The notes under the pieces are model-generated. The model had not been told where the DNA came from. It saw nothing but the letters and a program-made list of their open reading frames with translations, and made no database searches. This document shows, piece after piece, positions 9,095 through 19,548 of a stretch of 64,000 nt of DNA. The number at the start of each line of letters is the position of its first letter. Position 1 is the first letter of the stretch. The stretch is from an uncultured SAR324 cluster bacterium (GTDB lineage Bacteria; SAR324; NAC60-12). Both the position numbers and the translations under genes were made by a program. The stretch covers positions 722,238 through 786,237 of the forward strand of contig CAJJCY010000003.1 in NCBI GenBank assembly GCA_905182865.1. Reading direction: 5' to 3'.

Positions 9095-9289
9095 ATTGCT
9101 TGTTGACGCAAATGCTGATCCATCATTGTCAGATTTGTTAGAAAGGACTGCTCTTGTTATCGCAGAACAACAGGGCCACTTGGATATTGTGGAAATGTTG
9201 AAATAAGAGTTTTAGTCATCACCCCACTTTATACTTCTAAAACTTCTAATACTTTTTAAATCCAATCTGCTACAACTCAAATCTCCAAA

Positions 9290-10948
9290 GTGAAACAATC
9301 CGAGTGGAAAAATCACATTGAGTTTATCGAAGCAGAAATGCTAAAACGAGGAAGTGAGCAGGGTGCTCCGGACATTTTAAAGCAATTTGGCACAAGATTA
9401 TCCTCAACAATTCATCATTTTTTTGCAGAATCCAATTCATTTATACCTGATGCTCCTATAACTGTTGAACAGCAGGCCTTCATGCACTCTCTGCAACTCT
9501 ATGATATGAAGTCAGTAATGCGCCTAGTTGCGAACTATGATGACACCAAAGGCTTAAAAGTTGTACTTCCTGGAATAGAAAAAAGTTGCCGTTCTTTAAT
9601 GGTCATTCAGAAGTTAGAACAGTTTACAAATAACTCACGTGAATCTACGGCTCTTGATGCCTATAAATCCCGTCTGGAAGAGGCCTTGAGTAAAGTCCTT
9701 AAATGTCGGCGGGAAGATCTGTATGAAGAAGATGTGCTGGCAGACAAAATGGTTGTGGTTTCCGGAGCTCCGGAGGGGCTGCGGAACAAATTTTTTACGG
9801 AACGTCTGCGAACGTTATTTTCATCAAATTATCGTTCATACCTAATGCTTAAAAACCGTTATTTTTTGAAACGTTTAAAACGGTTAAGTAAAAATCCAAA
9901 ATATTACAAAACACAGCAAAGTCACTTAGCAAAGCTGACCTCTAAGTTTAAAAACGATGAAGATGGATCCATTGTTCTGTTGACGGAAAATATTGATTTC
10001 CGGATGATAGAGCAGTTGGTAAAGGAACAGTTTTCAAAAACTTCAGATCAGGCTGAAGTACGTGAGGATTCAACAAAGCTACAAACTCCGGTAGATACCT
10101 TAACAGAAGGTGTCCCAATTCCAGATCTATCTAAAAAAACTGATACAGTACCGCAAGCATTTACAATTGAGGAAAAGCAAGTTGAAAGGGGTAATAATTT
10201 TGATTCAGTCAGTTTAGAGATTTCTGAAGAAACCATGTCCCCATATGAACAGCTATGCACCTCTTATAAGGATCCTTTAGAAAAGTTGTCCGCCAGTTTT
10301 CATCCAGTTCCAGAATGTTCTTCACCGTATTTCCGTTCCAGGGTTGAAGAATATAGAGATGAATTTGCAAATTATTTCCAACATTTGCATGGAGGAAATG
10401 TACAAGTAATTGCTGCAAGTCACAATTTTACTCTGGAATTACTAATGCAGCGGGGACAAGAGTACCATGCAGCAGAAAGGTGGGGAGTAGTACCTAAATA
10501 CAAACAGGAAGAGGAGGGGTCTATTTTTTTCCGCTCGATGGAAGATACGGCTCGTGTATTGGATCGTAAAGCAGAATGGAGCATGCTGATTCATGCTCAG
10601 CTGCCGTTCAGGTTTTTTTTCCCCCTGGAAAAGGCAAAGACCATTGAAATTGAAAAAGATAAGTTATGTGTTTTTCAAATTGGTACAGCTTTTTTTGACC
10701 AAAACCATCAAAACAAACTTGACGAATATCCGGACGTGTTTTTCAAATTAATGTTTAGTGGCCATTTTCTGACAGGTAAAAATGCTGTTATTTATGTTGA
10801 AGAAGATCCTTTTTTCACTACGACACTTTTACAAATGTGGAATTGCCGTGGACTGGTTTATCTGTTTTTGATGGCCATTTCCCACCGCTTTGCAGTAGAA
10901 TTGTCACCCATCACTGTTGAGGCAACTCCACTTGCGGTAGTATTGTAA
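9290..10948 (+). CDS. Hypothetical protein, 552 aa (GTG start)
   Basis: Long uninterrupted ORF in the gene-dense plus-strand run. No signal peptide, TM segment or catalytic motif recognised. Confidence 0.6.
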   Translation: MKQSEWKNHIEFIEAEMLKRGSEQGAPDILKQFGTRLSSTIHHFFAESNSFIPDAPITVEQQAFMHSLQLYDMKSVMRLVANYDDTKGLKVVLPGIEKSCRSLMVIQKLEQFTNNSRESTALDAYKSRLEEALSKVLKCRREDLYEEDVLADKMVVVSGAPEGLRNKFFTERLRTLFSSNYRSYLMLKNRYFLKRLKRLSKNPKYYKTQQSHLAKLTSKFKNDEDGSIVLLTENIDFRMIEQLVKEQFSKTSDQAEVREDSTKLQTPVDTLTEGVPIPDLSKKTDTVPQAFTIEEKQVERGNNFDSVSLEISEETMSPYEQLCTSYKDPLEKLSASFHPVPECSSPYFRSRVEEYRDEFANYFQHLHGGNVQVIAASHNFTLELLMQRGQEYHAAERWGVVPKYKQEEEGSIFFRSMEDTARVLDRKAEWSMLIHAQLPFRFFFPLEKAKTIEIEKDKLCVFQIGTAFFDQNHQNKLDEYPDVFFKLMFSGHFLTGKNAVIYVEEDPFFTTTLLQMWNCRGLVYLFLMAISHRFAVELSPITVEATPLAVVL

Positions 10949-11197
10949 CCACCTCCATGTCAACGGTACCATTGCTGCCACAGCACTCCCACCGGATTTA
11001 GAATTAATTAAAGAAGTATAATAATTTTGAACGGAAATCCCTGTTTCCCGATATTTTTTCTTCGTTGAAACTCTTGTCTTCCTTTAGGTGATACGATAAA
11101 ACAGATAGTATGTTTTGCTGATTAAAATCTACAGGGCCTTGTAGAAAGCTAAAAACCAGATTTAATACTTATATCATTAAACCGAAAGGGGACCTCA

Positions 11198-12898
11198 ATG
11201 GAAGATAAATCACAACCAAAAGTAAGCGGACACCGTCGCTATTCAAAACTTGTAACTGAAACTAATGCACGTGCTGCCAGCAGGGGGATGCTTTATGGCG
11301 TTGGATTCAAAAAAGGAGATTTTCAGAAATCTCAGGTTGGCATCGCTTCCACATGGGGTACTGTTACACCCTGCAATATGCACATTAACGCTTTAGCTGA
11401 GCATGTCGCACGAGGTGTGCGAAAAGCAAAAGGAATGCCTTTAATTTTCGGGACAATTACAGTTTCTGACGGCATATCAATGGGAACCGAGGGTATGAAA
11501 TATTCACTGGTTTCACGTGAGGTAATTGCCGATTCAATTGAAACGGTTGTCGGCTGTCAAAGTTACGACGGGCTAGTTACCATTGGCGGATGTGACAAAA
11601 ATATGCCCGGTTGTTTAATTGCTATTGCCAGACTAAATCGTCCTGCGGTTTTTGTCTATGGAGGAACGATTATTCCCGGGACTCACAAAGGTCAAGATGT
11701 TGATATTGTTTCTATTTTTGAGGCGGTAGGGAAAGAAGCAGCAGGTTCGATTACACAAAACGAACTTGAAGAAGTCGAATCCTGTGCCATTCCAGGTCCC
11801 GGATCGTGTGGTGGTATGTACACGGCTAACACAATGGCTTCCGCCATTGAAGCTCTTGGTATGAGCTTACCGAACAGTTCCGCACAAGAAGCGGTTTCTG
11901 AGGATAAAGTTCGGGATTGTGTGGAAGCAGGGGAAGCGGTTTTGCGCTTGATCGAAGACAACATTTGCCCACGAGACATCCTGACACGCGAAGCCTTTGA
12001 AAATGCAATCACAGTAGTTATGGCTCTTGGTGGTTCGACCAATGCGGTTTTGCATTTGCTGGCCATGGCTCATGCCGCAAACATCAAACTTGAACTGGAT
12101 GACTTTTTGAAAATTGGTGAAAAAGCACCAGTGCTGGCCGATTTGAAACCAAGTGGAAAATATTTAATGGAAGATTTACATAATATAGGTGGGGTTCCAG
12201 CTGTTATGAAAATGCTGCTAGATGGCGGTATACTGCATGGGGACTGTATGACTGTTACCGGAAAAACAGTTCGAGAAAATCTGAAAAACGTTACTCCTTA
12301 TAAGGACGATCAAGAGATTGTGCATTCACTGGCAGATCCCATTAAAAAAACAGGTCACCTTGTAATTCTCCGGGGCAATCTTGCATCTGAAGGTGCAGTC
12401 GCTAAAATTTCTGGTAAAGAGGGTGAATTTTTCAAAGGAACAGCACGTGTTTTTAATTCTGAAGAAGAAGCGCTGGATCGCATTTTAGACGGAACCGTAG
12501 TTAAAGGAGATGTGATTGTTATTCGTTACGAAGGTCCAAAAGGTGGGCCGGGAATGCGTGAAATGCTATCACCAACCTCTGCTATCATGGGTCGAGGTCT
12601 GGGTCAGGATGTTGCCCTGATTACTGATGGACGTTTTTCAGGAGGTTCTCATGGTTTTGTGATTGGACACATAACTCCGGAAGCACACGAAGGTGGTTTG
12701 CTGGCTATTGTAGAAAATGGTGACTCAATCACAATAGATATTCTGAATAGAAAAATAGATTTGGAAATTCCGGAAGAAGAAATAAAAACACGTCAAGCAA
12801 ACTGGACTCGTCCGAAAGCGCGTTACACCCGCGGAGTTCTTGCTAAATATGCAAAAACCGTAAGCTCTGCATCGCTGGGTGCAGTAACTGATTTATAA
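11198..12898 (+). CDS. ilvD: Dihydroxy-acid dehydratase
   Basis: 566 aa with [30 protein letters not shown] and [29 protein letters not shown] lies upstream of the ATG. Confidence 0.95.
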   Translation: MEDKSQPKVSGHRRYSKLVTETNARAASRGMLYGVGFKKGDFQKSQVGIASTWGTVTPCNMHINALAEHVARGVRKAKGMPLIFGTITVSDGISMGTEGMKYSLVSREVIADSIETVVGCQSYDGLVTIGGCDKNMPGCLIAIARLNRPAVFVYGGTIIPGTHKGQDVDIVSIFEAVGKEAAGSITQNELEEVESCAIPGPGSCGGMYTANTMASAIEALGMSLPNSSAQEAVSEDKVRDCVEAGEAVLRLIEDNICPRDILTREAFENAITVVMALGGSTNAVLHLLAMAHAANIKLELDDFLKIGEKAPVLADLKPSGKYLMEDLHNIGGVPAVMKMLLDGGILHGDCMTVTGKTVRENLKNVTPYKDDQEIVHSLADPIKKTGHLVILRGNLASEGAVAKISGKEGEFFKGTARVFNSEEEALDRILDGTVVKGDVIVIRYEGPKGGPGMREMLSPTSAIMGRGLGQDVALITDGRFSGGSHGFVIGHITPEAHEGGLLAIVENGDSITIDILNRKIDLEIPEEEIKTRQANWTRPKARYTRGVLAKYAKTVSSASLGAVTDL

Positions 12899-12919
12899 TG
12901 TAATCTATAGAAAGCCCCT

Positions 12920-14347
12920 ATGCTTTCCCCTGAAAAATTTAAAAGAGACACTTTTTCTGCACTGAATAACCCTCAGTTGCGCCGTAATTTTAAAAGGGCG
13001 ATGTCCGGATTGATGGAAAAACGACAAGCCGTGTTTCCGGATGCAGAAGAATGGCAACAACTAAGGGAATTGGGGAGTTTGATTAGGGCAAATGCTTTAC
13101 GAAAGCTTCCAGAACTGCTGGAACAGTTGGAGGCTAATTGCACCAAAAACGGAATTCAGGTTCATTGGGCTGAAACAGTTGATGAGGCCAACAAGTTGGT
13201 ACTTGAAATCGCCCAGCGGCATAAAGTGAAAAGTGTGGTCAAAGGGAAATCGATGGTTTCCGAGGAAATGGGATTGAATCATTTTCTTGGACAGCATGGT
13301 ATTGAAGCTCTTGAAGCAGACTTGGGTGAATATATTATACAGGTTGACCATGAGTTGCCTTCGCATATAATAATGCCTGCAATTCATAAAAATAAGGAAC
13401 AAATTTCTCGGATGTTTCATGAAAAAGTAGATCCTGAAACTTTAGCTGAGAGTGCAGAGGAAATGACCGCCATTGCCCGGAAAATTTTGCGTAAGAAGTT
13501 TTATGAAGCTGATATGGGCGTTTCAGGGGTCAACTTTGCAGTGGCGGAAACCGGAACCCTTTGTTTGGTTGAAAACGAGGGCAACGGCAGATTTTGCACG
13601 ACTTTGCCTCCAGTTCATGTGGCAGTGATGGGTATTGAAAAAGTGTTACAGCGGCTTGATGATGTTCCTCCATTGTTGAGTTTGTTGACACGTTCCGCAA
13701 CCGGACAGGCCATCACGACCTATTTCAATATGATCACTTCTCCACGTAAATCAGCTGAGAAAGACGGCCCACTTGAAGTGCATTTAATTTTATTGGATAA
13801 TGGACGTTCCCGGATGCACTCTGACAAGTTGCTGCGGGACACTTTGCTCTGCATCCGTTGTGGAGCATGCATGAATCATTGTCCTGTTTATACTCGCATC
13901 GGAGGCCATGCCTACAGTGCGACATACCCCGGTCCCATCGGAAAAATTTTTACGCCACAAATCAAGAGTCTGCACGAAGCGGGACACTTAGCAGATGCGT
14001 CGAGTTTGTGTGGGGCCTGCGTTGAGGTTTGTCCAGTTAAAATTCCGATTACAGATATCCTTTTGCGCCTGCGTCACGATAAAGCTGTAAATAAACGGAA
14101 TATTCCGTTCACTAAATCCGGAGGTTTGGAAGCAAAAACCGAAAGTTTAATTTGGAAATGTTGGGGAATGGTTTATGCGAATCCGATTTTGTATCAGCTG
14201 AAAAGCTATAAATTAAGCAAGGTTGGAAATTATATGCCGGAATGGTTGCCGCTTCTCCGCAATTGGACTTCGGTACGTTCAAAGCCGCATTTTGCCAAAA
14301 AAAGTTTACATCAACTTGCCCGGGAGAAAGGATTGATGGATGAATAA
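12920..14347 (+). CDS. lutB: LutB/YkgF-type iron-sulfur lactate-utilisation protein
   Basis: 475 aa with an LUD domain, CIRCGACMNHCPVY and LCGACVEVCPVKIPI ferredoxin-type motifs. Confidence 0.85.
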   Translation: MLSPEKFKRDTFSALNNPQLRRNFKRAMSGLMEKRQAVFPDAEEWQQLRELGSLIRANALRKLPELLEQLEANCTKNGIQVHWAETVDEANKLVLEIAQRHKVKSVVKGKSMVSEEMGLNHFLGQHGIEALEADLGEYIIQVDHELPSHIIMPAIHKNKEQISRMFHEKVDPETLAESAEEMTAIARKILRKKFYEADMGVSGVNFAVAETGTLCLVENEGNGRFCTTLPPVHVAVMGIEKVLQRLDDVPPLLSLLTRSATGQAITTYFNMITSPRKSAEKDGPLEVHLILLDNGRSRMHSDKLLRDTLLCIRCGACMNHCPVYTRIGGHAYSATYPGPIGKIFTPQIKSLHEAGHLADASSLCGACVEVCPVKIPITDILLRLRHDKAVNKRNIPFTKSGGLEAKTESLIWKCWGMVYANPILYQLKSYKLSKVGNYMPEWLPLLRNWTSVRSKPHFAKKSLHQLAREKGLMDE

Positions 14348-15003
14348 TCCAGCAACTGCACGTGAAAACATTCTTTCGAATCTCAGAGTGTCCTCTGTAG
14401 TTCCAGATATTACATCCCGGAAATATCCGGTTATGGAATATAAGCGCTGGTCTTTGCAGGAGAAAGTTGAGCAGCTGAAACAAAAGATGGAATTATCATG
14501 GGTATAATGCATGAGAAAAGTTCCTGGGGAAGGATGTTCAGAGCGGTTGTAAAAGAAAAAAATATTGAAAAAATAATTTGTCGGAACAAATACTGATTTG
14601 GCTCAAAAGCTCCGGGAGATGTACCAACAGACTCCTGAGGAAATACCGGAATTAGTAGTATTATGAAAAACCAATTGAGGAATCTAAAGATTTGCTGTTT
14701 GGCATTGATGCGGCCATTACTACAACCCTTGGCGGTATAGCGGAAACCGGTTCGCTCATACTTTGGCCCACTCCGGAAGAACCTCGTTTGATGTCTCTGA
14801 TCCCGCCTATTCACATCGCGGTGCTTTATGCAGACACAATTTACAATAATTTTTTGGAAGCAATGACCACTGAAAACTGGAATTCCGAAATGCCGAGTAA
14901 TGCGCTCCTGATTTCAGGTCCTTCAAAAACTGCTGATATAGAACAAACCCTCGTTTATGGCGTTCACGGCTGTAAGGAATTGGTCGTGCTCTTGATTCAG
15001 TGA
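14340..15003 (+). pseudogene. lutC: LutC/YkgG-type LUD-domain protein, at least 3 frameshifts
   Basis: ATG at 14340 overlaps the lutB stop. N-terminus MNNPATARENILSNL... stops at about 14497. The sequence continues in other frames (..MGIMHEKSSWGRMFRAVVKEKNIEKII.., ..TDLAQKLREMYQQTPEEIPELVV..). It then runs into the intact C-terminal ORF 14692..15003 (GGIAETGSLILWP...ISGPSKTADIEQTLVYGVHG). Confidence 0.8.
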
Positions 15004-15021
15004 GGTGTAGAACCAAACAAA

Positions 15022-16214
15022 ATGAAGCAAACTGACATCATTATTATCGGTGGGGCATTGTTGGACTTGCCACGGCCTACCAATTCACCCTTGATTATCC
15101 ACTGCTTAAAATTACACTGCTGGAAAAAGAACAGCAGTTGGCGGCCCACCAAACAGGACACAATTCAGGAGTCCTGCATACAGGAGTATACTATAAACCG
15201 GGCTCTCTAAAAGCGCTCAATTGCATTGAAGGAAAATCCAGGATGGAGGATTTTTGCCGCAAAGAAGGAATAGATTATGAGATTTGCGGGAAAGTGATTG
15301 TAGCAATTTCTGAAGCTGAGTTGCCTGCTTTAGAAACAATTTATCAACGTGGGCGAACCAACGGAGTCAGCTGTGAAATGATTAATTCAGAAAAACTTCA
15401 CGAACTTGAACCGCATGTAGCAGGCATTAAAGCCGTGCATGTTCCGGAGGCAGGAATCGTTGATTATGGACAAGTCTGTAAGCGATTTGCTAAGCATCTT
15501 CAGAATAATGAAGATAACCAGATTCATTGCTCCACAAAAGTGATTGGTATTCGCCATTCTGAACGCATAGTCGTAGAAACTGAGCAAGGCGAATTTGAGG
15601 GGCGTTTTCTAGTTAACTGTGCCGGATTATATTCCGATAAAATAACAGCTATGACTCAACCTCCGGAATCAAAAATTATTCCGTTCCGAGGTGAATACTA
15701 CGAGGTACGGCCTGAAAAACATTACTTGTGCAGAAATTTAATATATCCCGTTCCAGATCCAAATTTTCCCTTTTTAGGTGTACATTTCACACGTATGATT
15801 AATGGTTCTCTGGAATGTGGCCCAAATGCAGTACTGGCTTTTGCCAGGGAAGGTTACACTCGTAGTACTGTTAATTTTTTGGAATTAGCAGAAGTTTTGA
15901 GTTATCCAGGATTCATAAAATTAGCAGCAAAATACTGGCGGGCAGGTGCAGGTGAAATGTGGCGTTCTTTCAGCAAGGTTGCATTCGTTCGGGCATTGCA
16001 GCGTTTAATTCCAGAAATTTCTGCAGATGACTTGGAAACCGCACCGGCGGGTATTCGAGCACAAGCAGTTTTGTCCAACGGGGAACTGGTTGATGATTTT
16101 CTAATTCAGGCAAACAAAAACATCATTAATGTCTGTAATGCACCATCACCTGCAGCAACTTCTTCTCTCAATATTGGCAAACACATTGTAGATATTGTAG
16201 CGGAACGGTTCTGA
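15022..16214 (+). pseudogene. lhgO: L-2-hydroxyglutarate oxidase/dehydrogenase (LhgO/YgaF-like), one frameshift in the FAD-binding motif
   Basis: ORF 15138..16214 aligns by eye along E. coli LhgO (HQTGHNSGVLHTGVYYKPGSLKA ... CNAPSPAATSS). The N-terminus MKQTDIIIIGG is in another frame. Adding one G to the G4 run at 15052-15055 restores IIIGGGIVGLATAYQF...LLEKEQQLAAHQTGHNSG. Confidence 0.85.
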
Positions 16215-16264
16215 ACTGAGTTCTGATCAGACGGTTTTGTGTTTATTTTATTCCTCCAGGAAAA

Positions 16265-17176
16265 TCAGATTTTCGATTCAGCTTGCCAACGTTCCAAAAC
16301 TTCATCCAGTAATTCTAAAGGAAGCGCAAATTCACCGCTGCGGGGAGGTACGAGGTGTCCACTTCCGGGCCAGCCCAGAGAAAACAAATTTTCAAAACAA
16401 AACTGGCCACTTGTGAGAACTGGTCGGATCTCTAAAATTTTGACATCAGCAGGCGCAAACAAAATATTTGTCAATCCTGCGCCATGTGCTGCAATAACGT
16501 GCGAAGCAGATCTAAATAGCTGAACTTGCTCTGGGACACTCAAATACTCCAGACAAATCTTACTGAATTTGTGTTTTTTCAGTAATGGTAAAAACTCATC
16601 TTCATTTGATAAGTGACGTTTAACAGCTAATTTTCGTGAAACATAAATCCGTTTTTCAGAATTTAAAGACTGAGAATTTGGCAGGCTTTTTAGAGGGACA
16701 ACTTTTTCAAAAAAATACTGTATCAATTTAACTTTCTCAGAGTTCCAATCAGGAATGTTCATTTCCGGAATTAAAAGTCGTTCTACCATGAAAATTTCTG
16801 GTGACAAGACCTGTACCTCAAACTCTGCTTCTTTTAAAAAATCAATAAATTGAGTTGGCATAAATTCTGGAACCAGTACCGGAAATTTTTGAGAAGTAAC
16901 TAGATGAGGTAACAAATCTGCAAGCAGATGATAATAGCTGTATATATGTGGGGAAATACCTAAATGGTAAGTTCCGGAAAGGACATGGGCTAATTTTGGG
17001 TCAGGTAACCCTTGAGTCAGGCGGGTTTCTATGTGTCTTCGATGTTCTCCAAAACCATTTTGAGACCACCAGCAGCATCGCCCAAACAACCACTGACATA
17101 AATATCAGATTTTACTTCCAGACTGAACTAGGCCGTCGGCTGCAGAAAGTAAAGCATTTTCAATAATCAATGGCAT
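16265..17176 (-). CDS. Glycosyltransferase family 61 / DUF563-like protein, with an in-frame TGA at 17105-17107
   Basis: YYHLLADLLPHL and AAHGAGLTNILFAP motifs. The track ORF 16265..17089 starts at TTG. The same frame continues upstream through a TGA to an ATG at 17176 (MPLIIENALLSAADGLVQSGSKI*YLCQWLFGRCC...). Confidence 0.6.
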
Positions 17177-17231
17177 GATTTGGACAGTTTTCAGCTGACA
17201 TAATCAACAATCAACTGTGATCAAATAATAA

Positions 17232-18284
17232 TCAACCGTATTGGTGTTTGTAGTAATCTCGATATGTTCCGGTAGTAATGTTACTGACCCAATCCTGGTG
17301 ATCAATATACCAGCGGATGGTTTTGGTCAGCCCTTCCTCAAAAGTGTGACGCGGAGTCCAATTTAAAGTGTTTTTAATTTTGCCTGCATCTATTGCATAG
17401 CGCCGGTCGTGCCCGGGACGGTCCATAACAAAAGTGATTAAATCTTCTGACAGGAATCAGCTTCAAGACTTCGATTTTGTTCTTTGTCCAGTTCACGGCA
17501 CTTATAGCGGATCAATATCGATATTTTTCCACTCATTGCATCCGCCTATATTGTATGTTTCTCCGGTATCTCCTTCATGAAAAACACAGTCCAAAGCCTC
17601 ACAGTGGTCTTCAACAAACAACCAGTCCCGAATATTTTCCCCATCTCCATAAACAGGTATTGGAAGGTTCTGAGTACAATTATTTATGAGCAGAGGCAAC
17701 AGTTTTTCAGGAAATTGATAAGGACCATAGTTATTTGAACAATTGGTTGTGACCACATTCATTCCATAAGTGTGATGCCAGGCTCTTACAAGGTGGTCAC
17801 TTGCTGCTTTTGAAGAAGAATAGGGAGAGTTCGGAGCATATGGAGTGGATTCCAGAAACTTTCCGCTGGAACCAAGCGAACCGTATACTTCATCAGTGCT
17901 TACATGAAGAATTCGATGTTTACTCAGTTCATCGCCCCAAAATTTACGTGCTGTTTCTAAAAGGTTGAAGGTACCTGTTATATTGGTTTCAATAAAGTCA
18001 GCAGGACCGCTAATACTTCTGTCCACATGAGATTCTGCAGCTAAATGAATTACTGCTTCAAAATTATGTTCAGAAAAAGCCTTTGAAATTTCCAGGGCAT
18101 TTCGCAAATCACCACGGAAAAACCGGTAGTTTGGCAGGTCTTTTACTTCCTCCAGGTTGCCCAAATTACCTGCATAAGTGAGGGCATCAAAATTGACTAC
18201 CAAATCATCAGGATGATGACGCAGCCAGTGCAAAACTAAATTTGCTCCAATGAAGCCCGCACCACCGGTGATCATCAAGTTCAT
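17232..18284 (-). pseudogene. rfbB: dTDP-glucose 4,6-dehydratase, interrupted by a short out-of-frame segment
   Basis: N-terminal fragment 17502..18284 carries ITGGAGFIG and YSSSKAASDHLV. C-terminal fragment 17232..17426 carries [12 protein letters not shown] and is in the same frame. The roughly 55 nt between (about 17447-17500) read sensibly only in another frame ([16 protein letters not shown]). Confidence 0.85.
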
Positions 18285-18291
18285 GTGTGGT

Positions 18292-18726
18292 TCAAAAGGA
18301 TGCGGTAAATAAATCTAAACGCCATTCAGGGGAAACAGTTTCAGCATTAAATCCAGGTTGAGGCAATAATTTTATAGGTCGCAAGGTTAGCAAATTTGAA
18401 TTTGTATTTAAGTGTAGCAGGCCCTTTGGACTACCATCACTCATGAAAACGCCTCCGTCTGAACGGGCCTCAAAAATTCCTACTCCCATTCCTGCGAACA
18501 TGCCTAAGGCCATACCTTTTACAACATATTGTGGAAATAATTTATCCTCCTCATCATCATCCTGCAAAGCCCAGATAGCGAGCCCTGAAACACCCCCGAT
18601 TGCAGCACCCCAGAGACTATTGTTAAAGACAATTTGCAGGGTTTCCGCACGCGCACTACTTATGCCGCCAAATAATATGCTGCCAGCAAGTGCACAAATG
18701 CTTACAGTTCGTTTAAGCCAATTCAT
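18292..18726 (-). CDS. Secreted or membrane glycine-zipper protein
   Basis: Signal peptide (...GGISSARA), then glycine-zipper stretches WGAAIGGVSGLAIWAL and GMALGMFAGMGVGIF. C-terminal residue is Phe. Confidence 0.55.
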   Translation of the reverse strand: MNWLKRTVSICALAGSILFGGISSARAETLQIVFNNSLWGAAIGGVSGLAIWALQDDDEEDKLFPQYVVKGMALGMFAGMGVGIFEARSDGGVFMSDGSPKGLLHLNTNSNLLTLRPIKLLPQPGFNAETVSPEWRLDLFTASF

Positions 18727-19084
18727 TCAACCCTCCATTTTTGGCAAAAGTATCAGTTAAAGTAACAGAGTAAATCTCAGCAACTTCTGGTTATAAAGTT
18801 ATAACAAAGACAAATACAAGGGTTAGGCCATTTGATTGCTGAATGCAAACTTTCTTAGATAATTATTCAAAACTGAAGCGTAAAAACATTAACTGCTTTT
18901 TAAGTGCTTAAACTAAAAAGATGCTTAAATTATTGAGAAGAACTATTTCTAAAACTGAGGATTAAAATGTTACACCAATGATTTTCAAAATCAAAGAAAA
19001 TACCAAAATAATTCCACCAACAATTACAAGGTGCATCATAAAATCATTTTTCATGTCTTTTAGTTTTTTGAGTTAAAAGTTGTT

Positions 19085-19534
19085 TTATCCAGAACAAGAG
19101 AGTGACGGATTTTGCGTTAAAAGAGTTTCAAGTTTCAGTAAAAATTTACTGCGGGTATCTGTATTTTTAAAGAGTGGGAAATAGTGATGTCGGAGTAAAA
19201 CTGCAAACTGTGTTTGTCTTTCTTTGGTACAACCCATCATTTGTGCCAGTGCGATCAGATTCTCCCCTTTCCCTTGAGAGGCCTCTTCACTTAAAAATGT
19301 CCACTGAGTTTCCAGATATTGAATCCGCTCATGTTTGGAGTAATCCCAGTCTTTACAATCAGATGTGCCTAGTGTACTTGCACCGGTAAAAGTTGGAGAC
19401 AGTGTAATGTCTAGAGAAAAACCTCCCTGATCATTAGTGGCAAATCCCATGGGTCCGCCTTTGTGACAGGCCCATAGGGTTTCACTGCAAAGTGATATTC
19501 CAATTGCCAAAAGCAGAACTATTTCCCATCGCAT
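19085..19534 (-). CDS. Secreted protein, DUF3015-like (paralog A)
   Basis: Signal peptide. Motifs shared with the neighbour: AC.(K/G)G..MG..TND, TSGT/TLGTSDC, QG+GE.L.ALA.MMGC. Matches my recollection of the DUF3015 family pattern. Confidence 0.55.
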   Translation of the reverse strand: MRWEIVLLLAIGISLCSETLWACHKGGPMGFATNDQGGFSLDITLSPTFTGASTLGTSDCKDWDYSKHERIQYLETQWTFLSEEASQGKGENLIALAQMMGCTKERQTQFAVLLRHHYFPLFKNTDTRSKFLLKLETLLTQNPSLSCSG

Positions 19535-19548
19535 TATTTCCCCCTCAT

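Noticed and set aside
14112-14814. Minus-strand ORFs overlapping the lutB end and the lutC region (14112..14483, 14306..14512, 14431..14814)
   Set aside because: The plus strand reads as LutC in shifting frames with clear family motifs. The minus-strand ORFs are by-products of the relaxed, AT-rich pseudogene sequence.
16215-16264. CTGATCAG palindrome and nearby short stems as a bidirectional terminator between lhgO and the GT61 gene
   Set aside because: The stems are at most 4-5 bp, or self-complementary without a loop, and there is no U-tract. This is not convincing.
16239-17166. Plus-strand ORFs 16239..16523 and 16948..17166
   Set aside because: They lie antisense to the GT61-like gene, which carries the family motifs. 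They have no independent support.
18962-19054. 30-codon hydrophobic ORF (MKNDFMMHLVIVGGIILVFSLILKIIGVTF) downstream of the DUF3015-like genes
   Set aside because: It has no Shine-Dalgarno, is very short, and sits in an AT-rich spacer. It cannot be distinguished from chance without conservation or expression data.
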